DNA of 63,901 nucleotides, filler included. It is 5 parts of 5 records of this genome, joined end to end, with 100 filler letters (N's around TTAATTAATTAA, not from the genome) between each part and the next. Parts side by side here need not be neighbours in the genome. Positions count along the whole stretch, not along the records: positions 51,103 to 63,901 come from SRR2962707_1133; 4 more parts are not named here. The stretch is one strand, 5' to 3'. A program made the position numbers and the translations under genes. This document shows positions 51,621 through 61,669 of the stretch, piece by piece. Within the stretch, counting starts at the first letter, position 1; the number at the start of each line of letters is the position of its first letter. The notes under the pieces were generated by a model that saw nothing but the letters and a program-made list of their open reading frames with translations, did no database searches and was not told where the DNA came from.

Positions 51621-52703
51621 TTGTCCGCACGCGACCAATTGAAATACTGGGGCGTCGCGACGCTCGTCATCGCGGTGACCTTATGGTTTCTGGGCGATGT
51701 CCTTTTGCCCTTCCTGATCGGGGGGGCCGTCGCCTATTTCCTCGATCCCTTGGCCGACCGGCTGGAACGTTTCGGGTTTAGTCGGGCCCTGGCCACTGCG
51801 ACGATCACGCTTGGCGCGCTGCTGATCTTTGTGATGATGATGCTGCTGGTGGTGCCGTTGCTGATTGAGCAAACTGGTCAGCTGATCAACACTGCACCGC
51901 AATTATTCAACAACCTGCAGACGTTTTTGGCGGAAAAATTCCCCAATCTACTGAACGAAGGCGGCGTGGTGCGTGAAACGCTGATCTCGCTGGGCAATAC
52001 GATCCGCGACAAGGGCGGCGAGGTGCTGAATACAGCGCTTTCGTCGGCGGCGTCACTGCTGAACATTGCGGTGCTCTTCATCGTCGTGCCTGTGGTATCG
52101 GTTTATTTGCTGCTGGACTGGGATCGCATGGTCGCCCGCATTGATGAACTACTGCCGCGTGATCACGCCCCTACCATCCGTATGCTTGCCCACGACATAG
52201 ACACCACATTGGCGTCGTTCATCCGGGGCATGGGTACGGTTTGCCTGATCCTGGGCACCTATTATGCCATCGCACTGATGCTCGTCGGGCTGCAATTCGG
52301 TCTGGTCGTCGGATTCATTGCAGGTCTGATCACCTTCATTCCCTACGTGGGCGCACTTGTGGGCGGCGCTCTCGCCATCGGTCTTGGCCTCTTCCAATTC
52401 TGGGGTGACTGGCTTTCACTCGGGCTAGTGGCCGGGGTATTCGTCCTGGGCCAGGTGATCGAAGGCAATGTTCTTACCCCAAAACTGGTTGGAGATTCCG
52501 TTGGCTTGCACCCGGTCTGGCTGATCTTTGCGCTGTCCGTCTTTGGCGCGCTGTTCGGATTTGTCGGCATGCTGATCGCTGTCCCGATGGCAGCAGCCTT
52601 TGGCGTCATTGCCCGCTTTGCCGTTGCGCAATATAAGGAAAGTCGGCTTTATCGCGGTAGCCCATCCAGCATTATGCTCGACACGTCCGACACTCAGGAC
52701 TAG
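51621..52703 (+). CDS. AI-2E family transporter (PerM-like)
   Basis: LLPFLIGGAVAYFLDPL, FIPYVG, QVIEGNVLTPKLVGDSVGLHPVWLIFAL, FGFVGMLIAVP; TTG start. Confidence 0.92.
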   Translation: MSARDQLKYWGVATLVIAVTLWFLGDVLLPFLIGGAVAYFLDPLADRLERFGFSRALATATITLGALLIFVMMMLLVVPLLIEQTGQLINTAPQLFNNLQTFLAEKFPNLLNEGGVVRETLISLGNTIRDKGGEVLNTALSSAASLLNIAVLFIVVPVVSVYLLLDWDRMVARIDELLPRDHAPTIRMLAHDIDTTLASFIRGMGTVCLILGTYYAIALMLVGLQFGLVVGFIAGLITFIPYVGALVGGALAIGLGLFQFWGDWLSLGLVAGVFVLGQVIEGNVLTPKLVGDSVGLHPVWLIFALSVFGALFGFVGMLIAVPMAAAFGVIARFAVAQYKESRLYRGSPSSIMLDTSDTQD

Positions 52704-52706
52704 GTA

Positions 52707-53405
52707 ATGGGTCGCAGGCAACTCAAGTTCGACCTACCGTTCAGACCAGCGCTGGGGCGCGGTGATTTCTATGTCTCGCGAGCCAATGCGCTGGCGACGA
52801 CGCAGATTGATCGATGGCGGGACTGGCCAGGGCGCAAACTGGTACTTACGGGGCCCCAGGGATCCGGCAAGACACACCTTGCCCATGTCTGGAGCTCGGA
52901 ATCGGGTGCCGCCATCCTGCAATCCCGCGACCTGCCCGACGCAGACATCCTACGACTTGCCGACGGCCACGTCTGTGTCGAGGATGTACCCCTGATCGCC
53001 GGGGACGCCGCCGCCGAGCAGGCGTTGTTCCATCTGCACAATCTGACCCTGGCTCAGGGAAATTCGCTGCTGCTGACAGCGCCCACTCCGCCGTCGCATT
53101 GGCAGTTGGGTCTGCCGGATCTGGCCAGCCGCGTGATGGGCACACAGCTGGCAAGCCTCTCTGCCCCGGATGACATTCTGCTGAGCGCAGTGCTTGCCAA
53201 GCTGTTCGCCGACCGTCAGATCGTGCCTGCACCGGATGCCATCACGTATCTCGTGCGCCACATGTCCAGATCCTTTGCCATGGCCGGGCGGCTGGTTGAT
53301 GCGATTGATGACGCCGCCCTCGGCACCCCGAAAGGTGCCAGCCGACTGCTTGCTGGCAAGGTTCTTGCCGAAATTGAACCAGAAGGCGACGAAGACCGGC
53401 CCTGA
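52707..53405 (+). CDS. hdaA: DnaA-related AAA+ protein (Hda/HdaA)
   Basis: QLKFDL clamp-binding motif, GPQGSGKTHLA, ALFHLHN, LPDLASR, KLFADRQ; usual position between AI-2E and ppk. Confidence 0.85.
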   Translation: MGRRQLKFDLPFRPALGRGDFYVSRANALATTQIDRWRDWPGRKLVLTGPQGSGKTHLAHVWSSESGAAILQSRDLPDADILRLADGHVCVEDVPLIAGDAAAEQALFHLHNLTLAQGNSLLLTAPTPPSHWQLGLPDLASRVMGTQLASLSAPDDILLSAVLAKLFADRQIVPAPDAITYLVRHMSRSFAMAGRLVDAIDDAALGTPKGASRLLAGKVLAEIEPEGDEDRP

Positions 53406-53444
53406 CGTCACACAGTTTTTACATCCCCCCGTAATAAGGCGACC

Positions 53445-55622
53445 ATGACACAAGCTGATTTCCTCAAAGCCCCGCTTCCCGAACCCGTCGAAATGCTGGA
53501 CGTGGACCTGACTGGCCCCGGCCGCTTCTATAACCGAGAGCTTAGTTGGCTTGGTTTCAACTGGCGGGTGCTGGAAGAGGCGGAAAATCCGCGGGTACCG
53601 CTGCTGGAAAGGTTACGCTTTGTTTCGATCTCGGCCGCAAACCTTGACGAATTCTATACCGTTCGCGTGGCCGGCCTGCGTGAACTGGCCCAGGCAGGTA
53701 ACACCACCCCTGCCGCCGATGGGCTGACGCCTCTTGCCCAGCTCGTGCTGATCAACGAAGACGCGCGCAACCTCATGGCGGCGCAGCAACGGGTTCTGAC
53801 CGCCCTGCGCGAAGAGATGGAAACCCAAGGCATCACCGTCGTGGACCGCAATGCGCTGACGCGCGAAGATGCCGACCACCTGGCCGAAGAGTTCCTCGAA
53901 CAGATATTTCCGGTCCTGTCCCCGCTTGCAATCGATCCGGCGCACCCCTTTCCGTTCATTGCCAACAACGGTTACTGCCTTGCCCTGCAGCTGGAACGCA
54001 GCCGGGACAAACGCACTTTGCAGGCGCTGCTGCCCATTCCGGCGCAGATCGACCGTTTCGTCGGCCTGCCCGCCGAAGAAGGCCAGAACCGGTTCATTTT
54101 TCTCGAAGATGTGCTGTTGCTGCACATCGACAGCCTGTTCCCAGGCTACAAGGTCAAGGATTATTTCGGGTTCCGCGTTCTGCGTGACAGCGACCTAGAG
54201 GTCGAGGAAGAGGCCGAGGATCTGGTCCGCGAATTCGAAGTTGCGCTCAAACGTCGCCGCCGGGGCGAGGTGGTGCGTCTGACCATCTCAGCCGGTGCAC
54301 CCAAAAGCCTGAAGTCCGTCGTAATGCGCGAACTGCACGTCAAGGATGACGAGGTGATCGAGCTTGAAGGCATGATCGGTGCCGCAGACCTTAAGGAACT
54401 GGTGCTAGAGTCGCGCCACGATCTTCTTTGGCCGATGTTTACCCCACGCGTGCCCGAACGGGTGCAAGACCACGACGGCGATATGTTCGCTGCGATCAGT
54501 CAAAAAGACATGCTTCTGCATCATCCCTACGAAACGTTTGAGATGGTGACCCGGTTTCTGGCACAGGCGGCGCGCGACCCCGACGTGGTCGCGATCAAGC
54601 AGACGCTATACCGCACATCGCGCAACTCACCGATTGTCGATGCACTTTGCGAGGCAGCCGAGGACGGAAAATCCGTAACCGCGCTAGTTGAGCTCAAGGC
54701 GCGTTTTGACGAGGCTGCCAACATTCGGCAGTCGCGGCGTCTGGAACGTTCCGGCGCGCACGTAGTCTATGGTTTCCTTGACTGGAAGACACATGCCAAG
54801 ATCAGCGCCGTAGTGCGCCGCGAAGGTGAAAAACTAGTGACATATACCCATTTCGGGACCGGCAACTATCACCCGATCACAGCTAAGATCTATACCGACC
54901 TGTCGTTTTTTACCTGCGACCGTAAACTCGGGCGCGATGCCTCCAAGGTCTTCAATTACCTTTCCGGTTATGCCTTGCCGGAAAGGTTGGAAAACCTCGC
55001 CATATCACCCCATACGCTTAAATCCCGCATCATCGAGATGATCGAAGCCGAAGCGGAACATGCCCGCGCAGGCAAGCCCGCGCAAATCTGGGTCAAAATG
55101 AACTCGCTGATAGAACCGGATATTATCGACGCGCTCTATGCTGCCTCTCAGGCGGGCGTAATGATTGATCTTGTCATCCGCGGCATCTGCGGCATCCGGC
55201 CGGGCATTAAAGGGTTGTCAGAGAGTATTCGCGTGAAATCCATCGTTGGACGGTTCTTGGAACACAGCCGTATCGCCTGTTTCGGGAATGGTCACGGATT
55301 GCCGCACAAAAAGGCGCGCGTCTTCATTTCTTCGGCCGACTGGATGGGTAGAAATCTCAATCGCCGGGTCGAAACCTTGATCGAGATTGAAAATGACACG
55401 GTCAAGGCGCAAATCGTCAGCCAGATCATGGCGGCCAACTTGGCTGACACTGCGCAAAGCTGGGTGATGGAACCGTCGGGCGCCTTTGTCCGCCATCCGG
55501 TGCAGGAAGGGGAATTCTCTTTCAACTGCCACCGGTTCTTTATGGAAAATCCGTCGCTGTCTGGGCGCGGCTCCGCCGGCGCCAAGGATGTACCGCAACT
55601 GACCCACACCGACGACACTTGA
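53445..55622 (+). CDS. ppk: polyphosphate kinase 1
   Basis: NRELSWLGFNWRVL, NLDEFYTVRVAGL, AHPFPFI, LLHHPY, KQTLYRT, ELKARFDE, KTHAK, GTGNYH, GRFLEHSR, SSADWMGRNLNRRVE. Confidence 0.96.
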   Translation: MTQADFLKAPLPEPVEMLDVDLTGPGRFYNRELSWLGFNWRVLEEAENPRVPLLERLRFVSISAANLDEFYTVRVAGLRELAQAGNTTPAADGLTPLAQLVLINEDARNLMAAQQRVLTALREEMETQGITVVDRNALTREDADHLAEEFLEQIFPVLSPLAIDPAHPFPFIANNGYCLALQLERSRDKRTLQALLPIPAQIDRFVGLPAEEGQNRFIFLEDVLLLHIDSLFPGYKVKDYFGFRVLRDSDLEVEEEAEDLVREFEVALKRRRRGEVVRLTISAGAPKSLKSVVMRELHVKDDEVIELEGMIGAADLKELVLESRHDLLWPMFTPRVPERVQDHDGDMFAAISQKDMLLHHPYETFEMVTRFLAQAARDPDVVAIKQTLYRTSRNSPIVDALCEAAEDGKSVTALVELKARFDEAANIRQSRRLERSGAHVVYGFLDWKTHAKISAVVRREGEKLVTYTHFGTGNYHPITAKIYTDLSFFTCDRKLGRDASKVFNYLSGYALPERLENLAISPHTLKSRIIEMIEAEAEHARAGKPAQIWVKMNSLIEPDIIDALYAASQAGVMIDLVIRGICGIRPGIKGLSESIRVKSIVGRFLEHSRIACFGNGHGLPHKKARVFISSADWMGRNLNRRVETLIEIENDTVKAQIVSQIMAANLADTAQSWVMEPSGAFVRHPVQEGEFSFNCHRFFMENPSLSGRGSAGAKDVPQLTHTDDT

Positions 55623-55868
55623 GCGGGTGCCGCAACGGCAATCTGTCCGGCCGGGATGCGCGCCCCATTTCGGCCGCTATAACACGTGCAAACGACCCTA
55701 CTTCGTAAAGATTTCGGAAACTATTGTTGCAACATATTAAGAATTGCACATTCCAGACGTGGAGCGAGGGTCAACCTAAGGCCTGTGCATTGCCAAAAGG
55801 ATGATACCGACTGGCACAAGGTGTCAGTAAACCGCGTAGAACGCGCCAAACTTGATAAAAGTGTATCT

Positions 55869-57162
55869 ATGTCCAGTATTTTGACAAACTACGGATCACA
55901 AACAGCGCTTCGTTCGATAAATACCGGTCTTGGTGAGACTCGCGTTCAAATCGCAACGGGCAAGTCCGTTGCCACATCCGCCGAAAATGCGTCAATCTGG
56001 GCCATCTCAAGGGTGATGAAATCCGATGTTATCGGCTTTGACAAGATTTCCAGCAGTCTGGCCTTGGGGGATTCGATCGTCGCCATCGCGCGCCAGGGTG
56101 CCGAGACGATCACCAGTCTGTTGACCGACATGAAGCAGCTGGTCGTTTCTGCACAGGTTGAAAATGCTGACCGCGAAAAGATCCAAAACAACATAGACAA
56201 GCTGAAAGAACAGATTGAGGGCATCGTTGGCACGGCGAGCTTCAATGGTCAAAACCTGCTCAAGAACACAAGCACTGAGACTGGTTCCGGACAAATCGAG
56301 ATTTTTTTCATCGCTTGATCGTTCCCAGTCCGCTGTCATCGCAACCGATATTTCCGTTCGACGCCTCGACCTGAGTACCAAGGAGACCGCCATATCCTCC
56401 TCTGGTGGAAGTTATGCCGCAGACACCGTCACCGACACGCTTAACGGCACTCAGTCTGTATCGCTCGACATCAGCGCCGTCGCAGTAGAGGCGGGCACGG
56501 CCTTTTCCCTGTCCATCTTTGGGACGGACGCCGATTCATCCTCGTTTGCCCCTGCGCCGTTGAATAATTCGGCGGCAGCATCCCACACCCAGACGGAAAG
56601 GGCTGCGAGCGAAATCAGCTATGTGGCGCGCGACGGTGACACGTCGAGCGATGTGGGCCGTGCACTCGCCCTCAAATTTGCGGGATATGCTGCGCGCAAT
56701 GAAATTGACAGTTCGGTGCTGAACATCACCACATCGGGCGACAACATCACCGTAACTTCTGAGGTCACAGACGGGGCCTACGCCATTTCCGGCGTCAGTC
56801 TCAATGTGCTTGAGGCTGATGCCGGAAATACAATTGGCGGCGGTCTGGATGTGCTGAACGATCTGGATCTTACGACGGACGAAGGCGCCCTGGCCGCCTT
56901 GGATCAGATCGAAGGGCTGATCCAGACGTCAATCGACAGCTCTGCTGCCTTGGGTTCGGCGCAGGGACGGCTGGAAACCCAGTCGGACTTCATATCGCGG
57001 CTCATATCCTCGCTAAAGTCCGGCATTGGCCGGTTGGTCGATGCCGACCTGACCGAAACCTCTGCCCATCTTCAGGCCCTTGAGGTCCAAGAACAGCTGG
57101 CAATCAATGCCCTGTCAATTGCCAACAACGCACCACGTGTGATTTTGGTACTGCTCGGCTAA
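55869..57162 (+). pseudogene. flagellin, frameshifted by +1 T in a T7 run
   Basis: MSSILTN..IATGKSV..NASIWAIS..ASFNGQNLL in one frame and SSLDRS..ALGSAQGRLETQ..LVDADL..LQALEVQEQLAINALSIANNAP in the next; removing one T from 56302-56308 gives IEIFSSLDRS and a 430-aa ORF. Confidence 0.88.
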
Positions 57163-57397
57163 CCCGGATCGGGCCGTCCCACCTACGGTCCCACAATCTG
57201 ATCGCATCGGTCGGCTTGGGACGGCTGTTCGCCGGGCAAGAGTATGCCCCGACCTGAGGCGAAATATCTACTGACCTCAGGTATCATCCTCCTACGCCCG
57301 CCCCCAAAAGCGGTGTTTACGCAAGGAAGGCACGCATGTTTGTTGACGCCCCGGGTGCCTTCTTGCATGGTGGTCCCATTACGGCCCGGGGAAAGAC

Positions 57398-58942
57398 ATG
57401 GACAGTATTTTGGACCCAGCTCATCCCGAATGGGGGCCTTTCGGGCGTCCACTGTTTGACGATCCGCAATCTCAGGCCTTGTCACGTGTCGGCGTGATCG
57501 ACATCGGATCGAACTCGGTCCGCCTTGTTGTGTTTGACGGCGCGGCGCGATCCCCGGCTTACTTCTATAATGAAAAGATCATGTGCGGCCTGGGGGCCGG
57601 CATGTCAGAGACCGGCCGCCTGAACCCCGAGGGCAAACTGCGCGCCTTTTCCGCGATCCGCCGGTTTCAGATGCTGGCCGAGGGTATGAACCTGCCCCCC
57701 CTCACCGCCGTTGCCACCGCCGCCATGCGCGAGGCAGAAGATGGCCCGGAGTTTCGCGAAGAGGTCGAAGCCGCTACCGGCCTGCGCATCTGGGTTATCG
57801 ACGGAGAGGAAGAAGCGCGCCTTTCTGCGCAAGGCGTTCTACTGGGCTGGCCCGGTAGTTACGGACTAGTCTGCGACATCGGCGGATCGTCCATGGAACT
57901 CGCCGAAATCTCCGACGGGCGCGTAGGACGTAGGGTTTCATCGAACCTCGGACCGCTCAAGCTGCGCGACCTGAGCGGCGGCAAAAAACAACGCGATGGG
58001 GTGATCCGCAAAACGATGGATGACCTGTCGCAAGCCATGGGAACCCAAAGGGATCGGCTGTTCCTCGTGGGGGGGTCTTGGCGCGCAATCGCACGGATCG
58101 ACATGCACCGTCAGGGGTATCCCCTGCATGTTCTGCACGAATATCGCATGACATCGAAAACGGTTCAGGCCACGGTCAAATACATTGAAAAGGCAGACCT
58201 CGAGCAACTGCGTAGCGAATGCAGCCTGTCATCGGCCCGGATGGCGCTGGTGCCCTATGCCGCCGAAGTGCTGCGCCGATTGGTTCAGGTGTTCAAACCC
58301 AAGGACATCGCCATTTCCAGCTACGGCATCCGCGAAGGACTGCTGTACGAACAGATGCCACAGGCCCTGCGCGATCGTGACCCCCTGGTCGAGGCGTGCC
58401 GCTTTGCCGAGGCCAAGGATGCGCGCCTTCCCGGGTTCGGCATGAAGCTGTACAAATTCGTGCTGCCGATCTTTCGCAGTGCGCCTGCGGCGCGGTTGCG
58501 ATTGGTCATGGCCGCCAGCTTACTGCACGACGTGAGCTGGCGGGCGCACCCGGATTACCGTGCGGAAACCTGTTTTGACAACGCCACCCGCGCCAATCTG
58601 GGTGGGATGAGCCATGGTGAGCGGGTTTTTCTGGGACTGGCGCTTTTGCACAGATACCGCAACAAGCGCGAAGGCACCCGGTTTGAAGATCTGTACGATC
58701 TGCTGGATAATGCAGGCAAGCAAGAGGCCGAAGTGCTGGGCAAGGCTATGCGCTTTGGCGCGATGCTATGGATGTCGGACACCTCGCAAGAGGGGGCCAC
58801 ACTCGAATGGCAGCCCAAGAACAAGGTGCTGAAACTGAAGCTAACCAAAGAGGCGCAGCCGCTGTTCGGAGAGGTTGCGGAATCCCGCTTTGGTTCACTC
58901 GCCCGCGCACTGGGGGCGCAGAGCGAAGTCATTCTCAGGTGA
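57398..58942 (+). CDS. ppx: exopolyphosphatase (Ppx/GppA family)
   Basis: VIDIGSNSVRLVV, ATAAMREA, GEEEARLS, DIGGSSMEL, VGGSWRA, GIREG, LLHDVSWRAHPDYR. Confidence 0.94.
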   Translation: MDSILDPAHPEWGPFGRPLFDDPQSQALSRVGVIDIGSNSVRLVVFDGAARSPAYFYNEKIMCGLGAGMSETGRLNPEGKLRAFSAIRRFQMLAEGMNLPPLTAVATAAMREAEDGPEFREEVEAATGLRIWVIDGEEEARLSAQGVLLGWPGSYGLVCDIGGSSMELAEISDGRVGRRVSSNLGPLKLRDLSGGKKQRDGVIRKTMDDLSQAMGTQRDRLFLVGGSWRAIARIDMHRQGYPLHVLHEYRMTSKTVQATVKYIEKADLEQLRSECSLSSARMALVPYAAEVLRRLVQVFKPKDIAISSYGIREGLLYEQMPQALRDRDPLVEACRFAEAKDARLPGFGMKLYKFVLPIFRSAPAARLRLVMAASLLHDVSWRAHPDYRAETCFDNATRANLGGMSHGERVFLGLALLHRYRNKREGTRFEDLYDLLDNAGKQEAEVLGKAMRFGAMLWMSDTSQEGATLEWQPKNKVLKLKLTKEAQPLFGEVAESRFGSLARALGAQSEVILR

Positions 58943-58957
58943 AAAGGCGAATAGCGG

Positions 58958-59338
58958 CTAAAGGTCGATCTGTTCTTTGGGTTCGGGTGGAATGTCCGGA
59001 TCTGACTCCGGCGCAACCTCTTCCGGCGTCTTGTGGCGCATGATGATATCACCGTTGGGCAACATCTTGGGCGGGTGATAGACTGACCAGTCATCAACCT
59101 GCGTCATCAGATCGTGCATGGCAGGCCCCATTTCCTGGGCGAAATCGCGCATTTTGGGGCCTATATCATCCGCGAGGTCCTGCAGATCGTTCAGCGCCGG
59201 ACCCATTTCCTGAACGAGACCCCGAAACAACTGTCTTGCGCCTTCTTTCATAAGGTCAAAGCCTTCGTCATCGGCCTCTTGCGCCTGCAGGGGCGCGGCG
59301 AGCGTTACGACAAGTGCGGCGGCGGTGAGTTTTTTCAT
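58958..59338 (-). CDS. small secreted hypothetical protein
   Basis: Start trimmed to MKKLTAAALVVTLAAPLQA-Q (Sec signal); helical acidic core; YHPPKMLPNGDIIMR; 126 aa. Confidence 0.7.
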   Translation of the reverse strand: MKKLTAAALVVTLAAPLQAQEADDEGFDLMKEGARQLFRGLVQEMGPALNDLQDLADDIGPKMRDFAQEMGPAMHDLMTQVDDWSVYHPPKMLPNGDIIMRHKTPEEVAPESDPDIPPEPKEQIDL

Positions 59339-59376
59339 AGTAAGGATATAGGTAGGCTGATTCGGTCCGCAAAGGG

Positions 59377-60402
59377 TCATAATGTAATATCTATCGTGAC
59401 AGGGAAATGGTCCGAGGCCGCAAGTAGCGCATCCCTCAGGGCCTGATCCTCCCAACAGCCGGGGTCATCGAACGGGTGCCAGATGCGCCATGACGGTGAC
59501 AGCGCCTTCAGATCCTGTGACACCATTATGTAGTCCAGCAGCGCCGAGAGATAGCGTTGTTCGGGCTGGATCAAGAACCGTGCGGTCGAGGGTTGCGCAC
59601 CGATCCGTTGAGTTAACGCCTCTTCTGCATACGGGTCAAATAGCCTGTGTTCGACAGCCGCCAGCCCAGCGCCCAAAACAATCTCGACCGAGGAGCGACC
59701 AAAGAGGTCTTCGTATTCGTCAAGGCCGGGACCGTCGTTAAGATCCCCCATGATCATTAGCGATTCACCCAGGCCCAGATCCGCATCTATGCGCGCACGC
59801 AGCCACATCGCCTGCGCCAGCTGTTTGCGCCGGTTGGCGATGGACAGGCGCATCATCTCTTCCCTTGTGCGCGCACCGTGCGGCGCCTTGGATTTCAGAT
59901 GTGCCCCAATCAGCCGCAGCTGTTTCCCGAATTTGGTCGTCACCGCAAGTTCGAGAGGGGGCTTGGAAAAGACCCCCCGCTCTTCTGTTCCGCCCAGATC
60001 AAGATCGATGTGAAAGACCCCGTCAAAGCGCGGGGCGGTATCGTCCCGGTGGTCATGATGAACGCTCAGTTTGTCGGGGTCGTAAAGGAACGCGATTTCT
60101 TGTTGAGTCGCATTTGTGAAACCGATCACGGCCTTGCGCGTCCGCAGGTGGTACTTGCGCGCAAAGGATTCAAGTGCGGTCACGGTACTGCGTCGACGGC
60201 CGTTGTCCGGTGCCTCAACGATCATCACACCGTCGGCCTGCAGCGCGGCAAACACCACGGCCAGCGCTTCGATCTGTTGATTACGGCTGACGTCACTACG
60301 TGCCGAGGGCAAATCGTCTGCAAGCAGTGCACCTTCGTCATCAAAAAGCGCGTCAAACCACTCCACATTGTATGTGGCCAACCGCAGGTGTTCCGCGGTC
60401 AC
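59377..60402 (-). CDS. endonuclease/exonuclease/phosphatase (EEP) family protein
   Basis: LRLATYNVEWF, IVEAP, AHLKSK, MGDLND, LDYIMVS, SDHFPV. Confidence 0.9.
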   Translation of the reverse strand: MTAEHLRLATYNVEWFDALFDDEGALLADDLPSARSDVSRNQQIEALAVVFAALQADGVMIVEAPDNGRRRSTVTALESFARKYHLRTRKAVIGFTNATQQEIAFLYDPDKLSVHHDHRDDTAPRFDGVFHIDLDLGGTEERGVFSKPPLELAVTTKFGKQLRLIGAHLKSKAPHGARTREEMMRLSIANRRKQLAQAMWLRARIDADLGLGESLMIMGDLNDGPGLDEYEDLFGRSSVEIVLGAGLAAVEHRLFDPYAEEALTQRIGAQPSTARFLIQPEQRYLSALLDYIMVSQDLKALSPSWRIWHPFDDPGCWEDQALRDALLAASDHFPVTIDITL

Positions 60403-60409
60403 CGTACGT

Positions 60410-61093
60410 TCAGACGGCGGCGCGCGATGATACTTCTTCCCAGGCGCGATTGATGTCGATTAGACGGCGTTCGGACATTTTCACTGCCTCTGGTGGCACG
60501 CCGCGGGCCATCATGCGATCCGGATGGCTCTCACGGACCAACGCCTTCCAGGTTTTGCGTATCTCTTCCATTGGGGTGTCAGGTGTCACGCCCAGTACAC
60601 TAAAGGGATCCGGCACCGCGTCGGGCACGAAACGAGTACGCAGGGCACGGAACTGGCCTTCGGACAGGCCGAAAATCTGTGCGACCCTGTCAAGGAATTC
60701 ATCCTCAGCCGGATGATAACTGCCGTCAGCGATGGCAATATGAAACAGCCCCTCCATCAGATCGCAAAGGGTGCCAGTCTCGGTCCCGAACATGGCGTGG
60801 ATACGGCTTGCATATTCCTCAAATCCCGCCACGTCCTGCCGGGCTAGGTTGAACACCCGGGCGGCACCGACTTCATCTTTGGGCGCAATATGAAATATCT
60901 CGCGAAAGGCGGCCACTTCGGCCCGCGTGACCAGGCCATCGGCCTTGGCCATCTTGGCGCTCAGCGCGATAACCGCGATGGTGAAAGCGACCGATCGTTC
61001 AGGCGGTGCCCGCAGTTTGTCAAAAACGGCAGACAGCCCTTCGCCCTTGGCGAGGGCGGCAACGGCATCGGATATGCGTGTCCAAATCGACAT
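60410..61093 (-). CDS. DjlA-like co-chaperone (TerB-like domain plus C-terminal J domain)
   Basis: IALSAKMAKADG, LFHIAIADG, DPFSVLGV, LVRESHPD (HPD motif), INRAWEE. Confidence 0.9.
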   Translation of the reverse strand: MSIWTRISDAVAALAKGEGLSAVFDKLRAPPERSVAFTIAVIALSAKMAKADGLVTRAEVAAFREIFHIAPKDEVGAARVFNLARQDVAGFEEYASRIHAMFGTETGTLCDLMEGLFHIAIADGSYHPAEDEFLDRVAQIFGLSEGQFRALRTRFVPDAVPDPFSVLGVTPDTPMEEIRKTWKALVRESHPDRMMARGVPPEAVKMSERRLIDINRAWEEVSSRAAV

Positions 61094-61102
61094 GGACCCA
61101 GT

Positions 61103-61669
61103 TTATGCAATCCGTTCAAGATTGTCAGTGCAGTTCGTGTAATTGCACCAATTCTGTCGCCGCCCGGCTTTACCAGGCCCCGACCCGCGGGTCAGAGCCG
61201 TTTTTGCATGGATCAGATCCATCCAGCGCCCGAGCTTGAAACCGACTTCGGGCAGACGAGCGATCTCCCTGAACCCAAACGCGGCATGAAAGGATACCGC
61301 GCCAGGATTTTCGCCGCTGATTCCTGCCCACAGGCTGTGCACACCCTCGTCACGGGCATGGTCACTAAGGGCCGTCATCAACGCCCGCCCGGTACCATTT
61401 CCACGTGCCTGCGGCGCCAACATGATCGAATGTTCCTTGGTTCGCGCATAGCCCGGCCCGCCGCGAAACGTACCGTAGGTGGCGAACCTCACGATCAAAC
61501 CGTCGTAGACAGCAACCTGGAATGCACCGCCGCGCGCCGCAATATCTGCGGCAATCCCGATATCGGACTTGAGGTCGGTGGTGAAAGTAATCGCAGTGCT
61601 TTCTATGACCACATTCCAGATCGCAGCAATCTGGCTCGCATCATCATGCTGCGCCCGCCGAACGATCAT
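61103..61669 (-). CDS. GNAT N-acetyltransferase (YncA/phosphinothricin-acetyltransferase-like), C-terminal frameshift
   Basis: IAAIWNVVI, FATYGTFRGGPGY, EHSI, ARGNGTGRALM, FHAAFGF, EVGFKLGRWMDL; the canonical ending MQKRL* (stop 61192-61194) is out of frame. Confidence 0.85.
   Translation of the reverse strand: MIVRRAQHDDASQIAAIWNVVIESTAITFTTDLKSDIGIAADIAARGGAFQVAVYDGLIVRFATYGTFRGGPGYARTKEHSIMLAPQARGNGTGRALMTALSDHARDEGVHSLWAGISGENPGAVSFHAAFGFREIARLPEVGFKLGRWMDLIHAKTALTRGSGPGKAGRRQNWCNYTNCTDNLERIA

Noticed and set aside
55705-55745. CtrA box upstream of the flagellin (GTAAAGATTTCGGAAAC)
   Set aside because: The second half-site deviates too far from TTAA-N7-TTAA to call.
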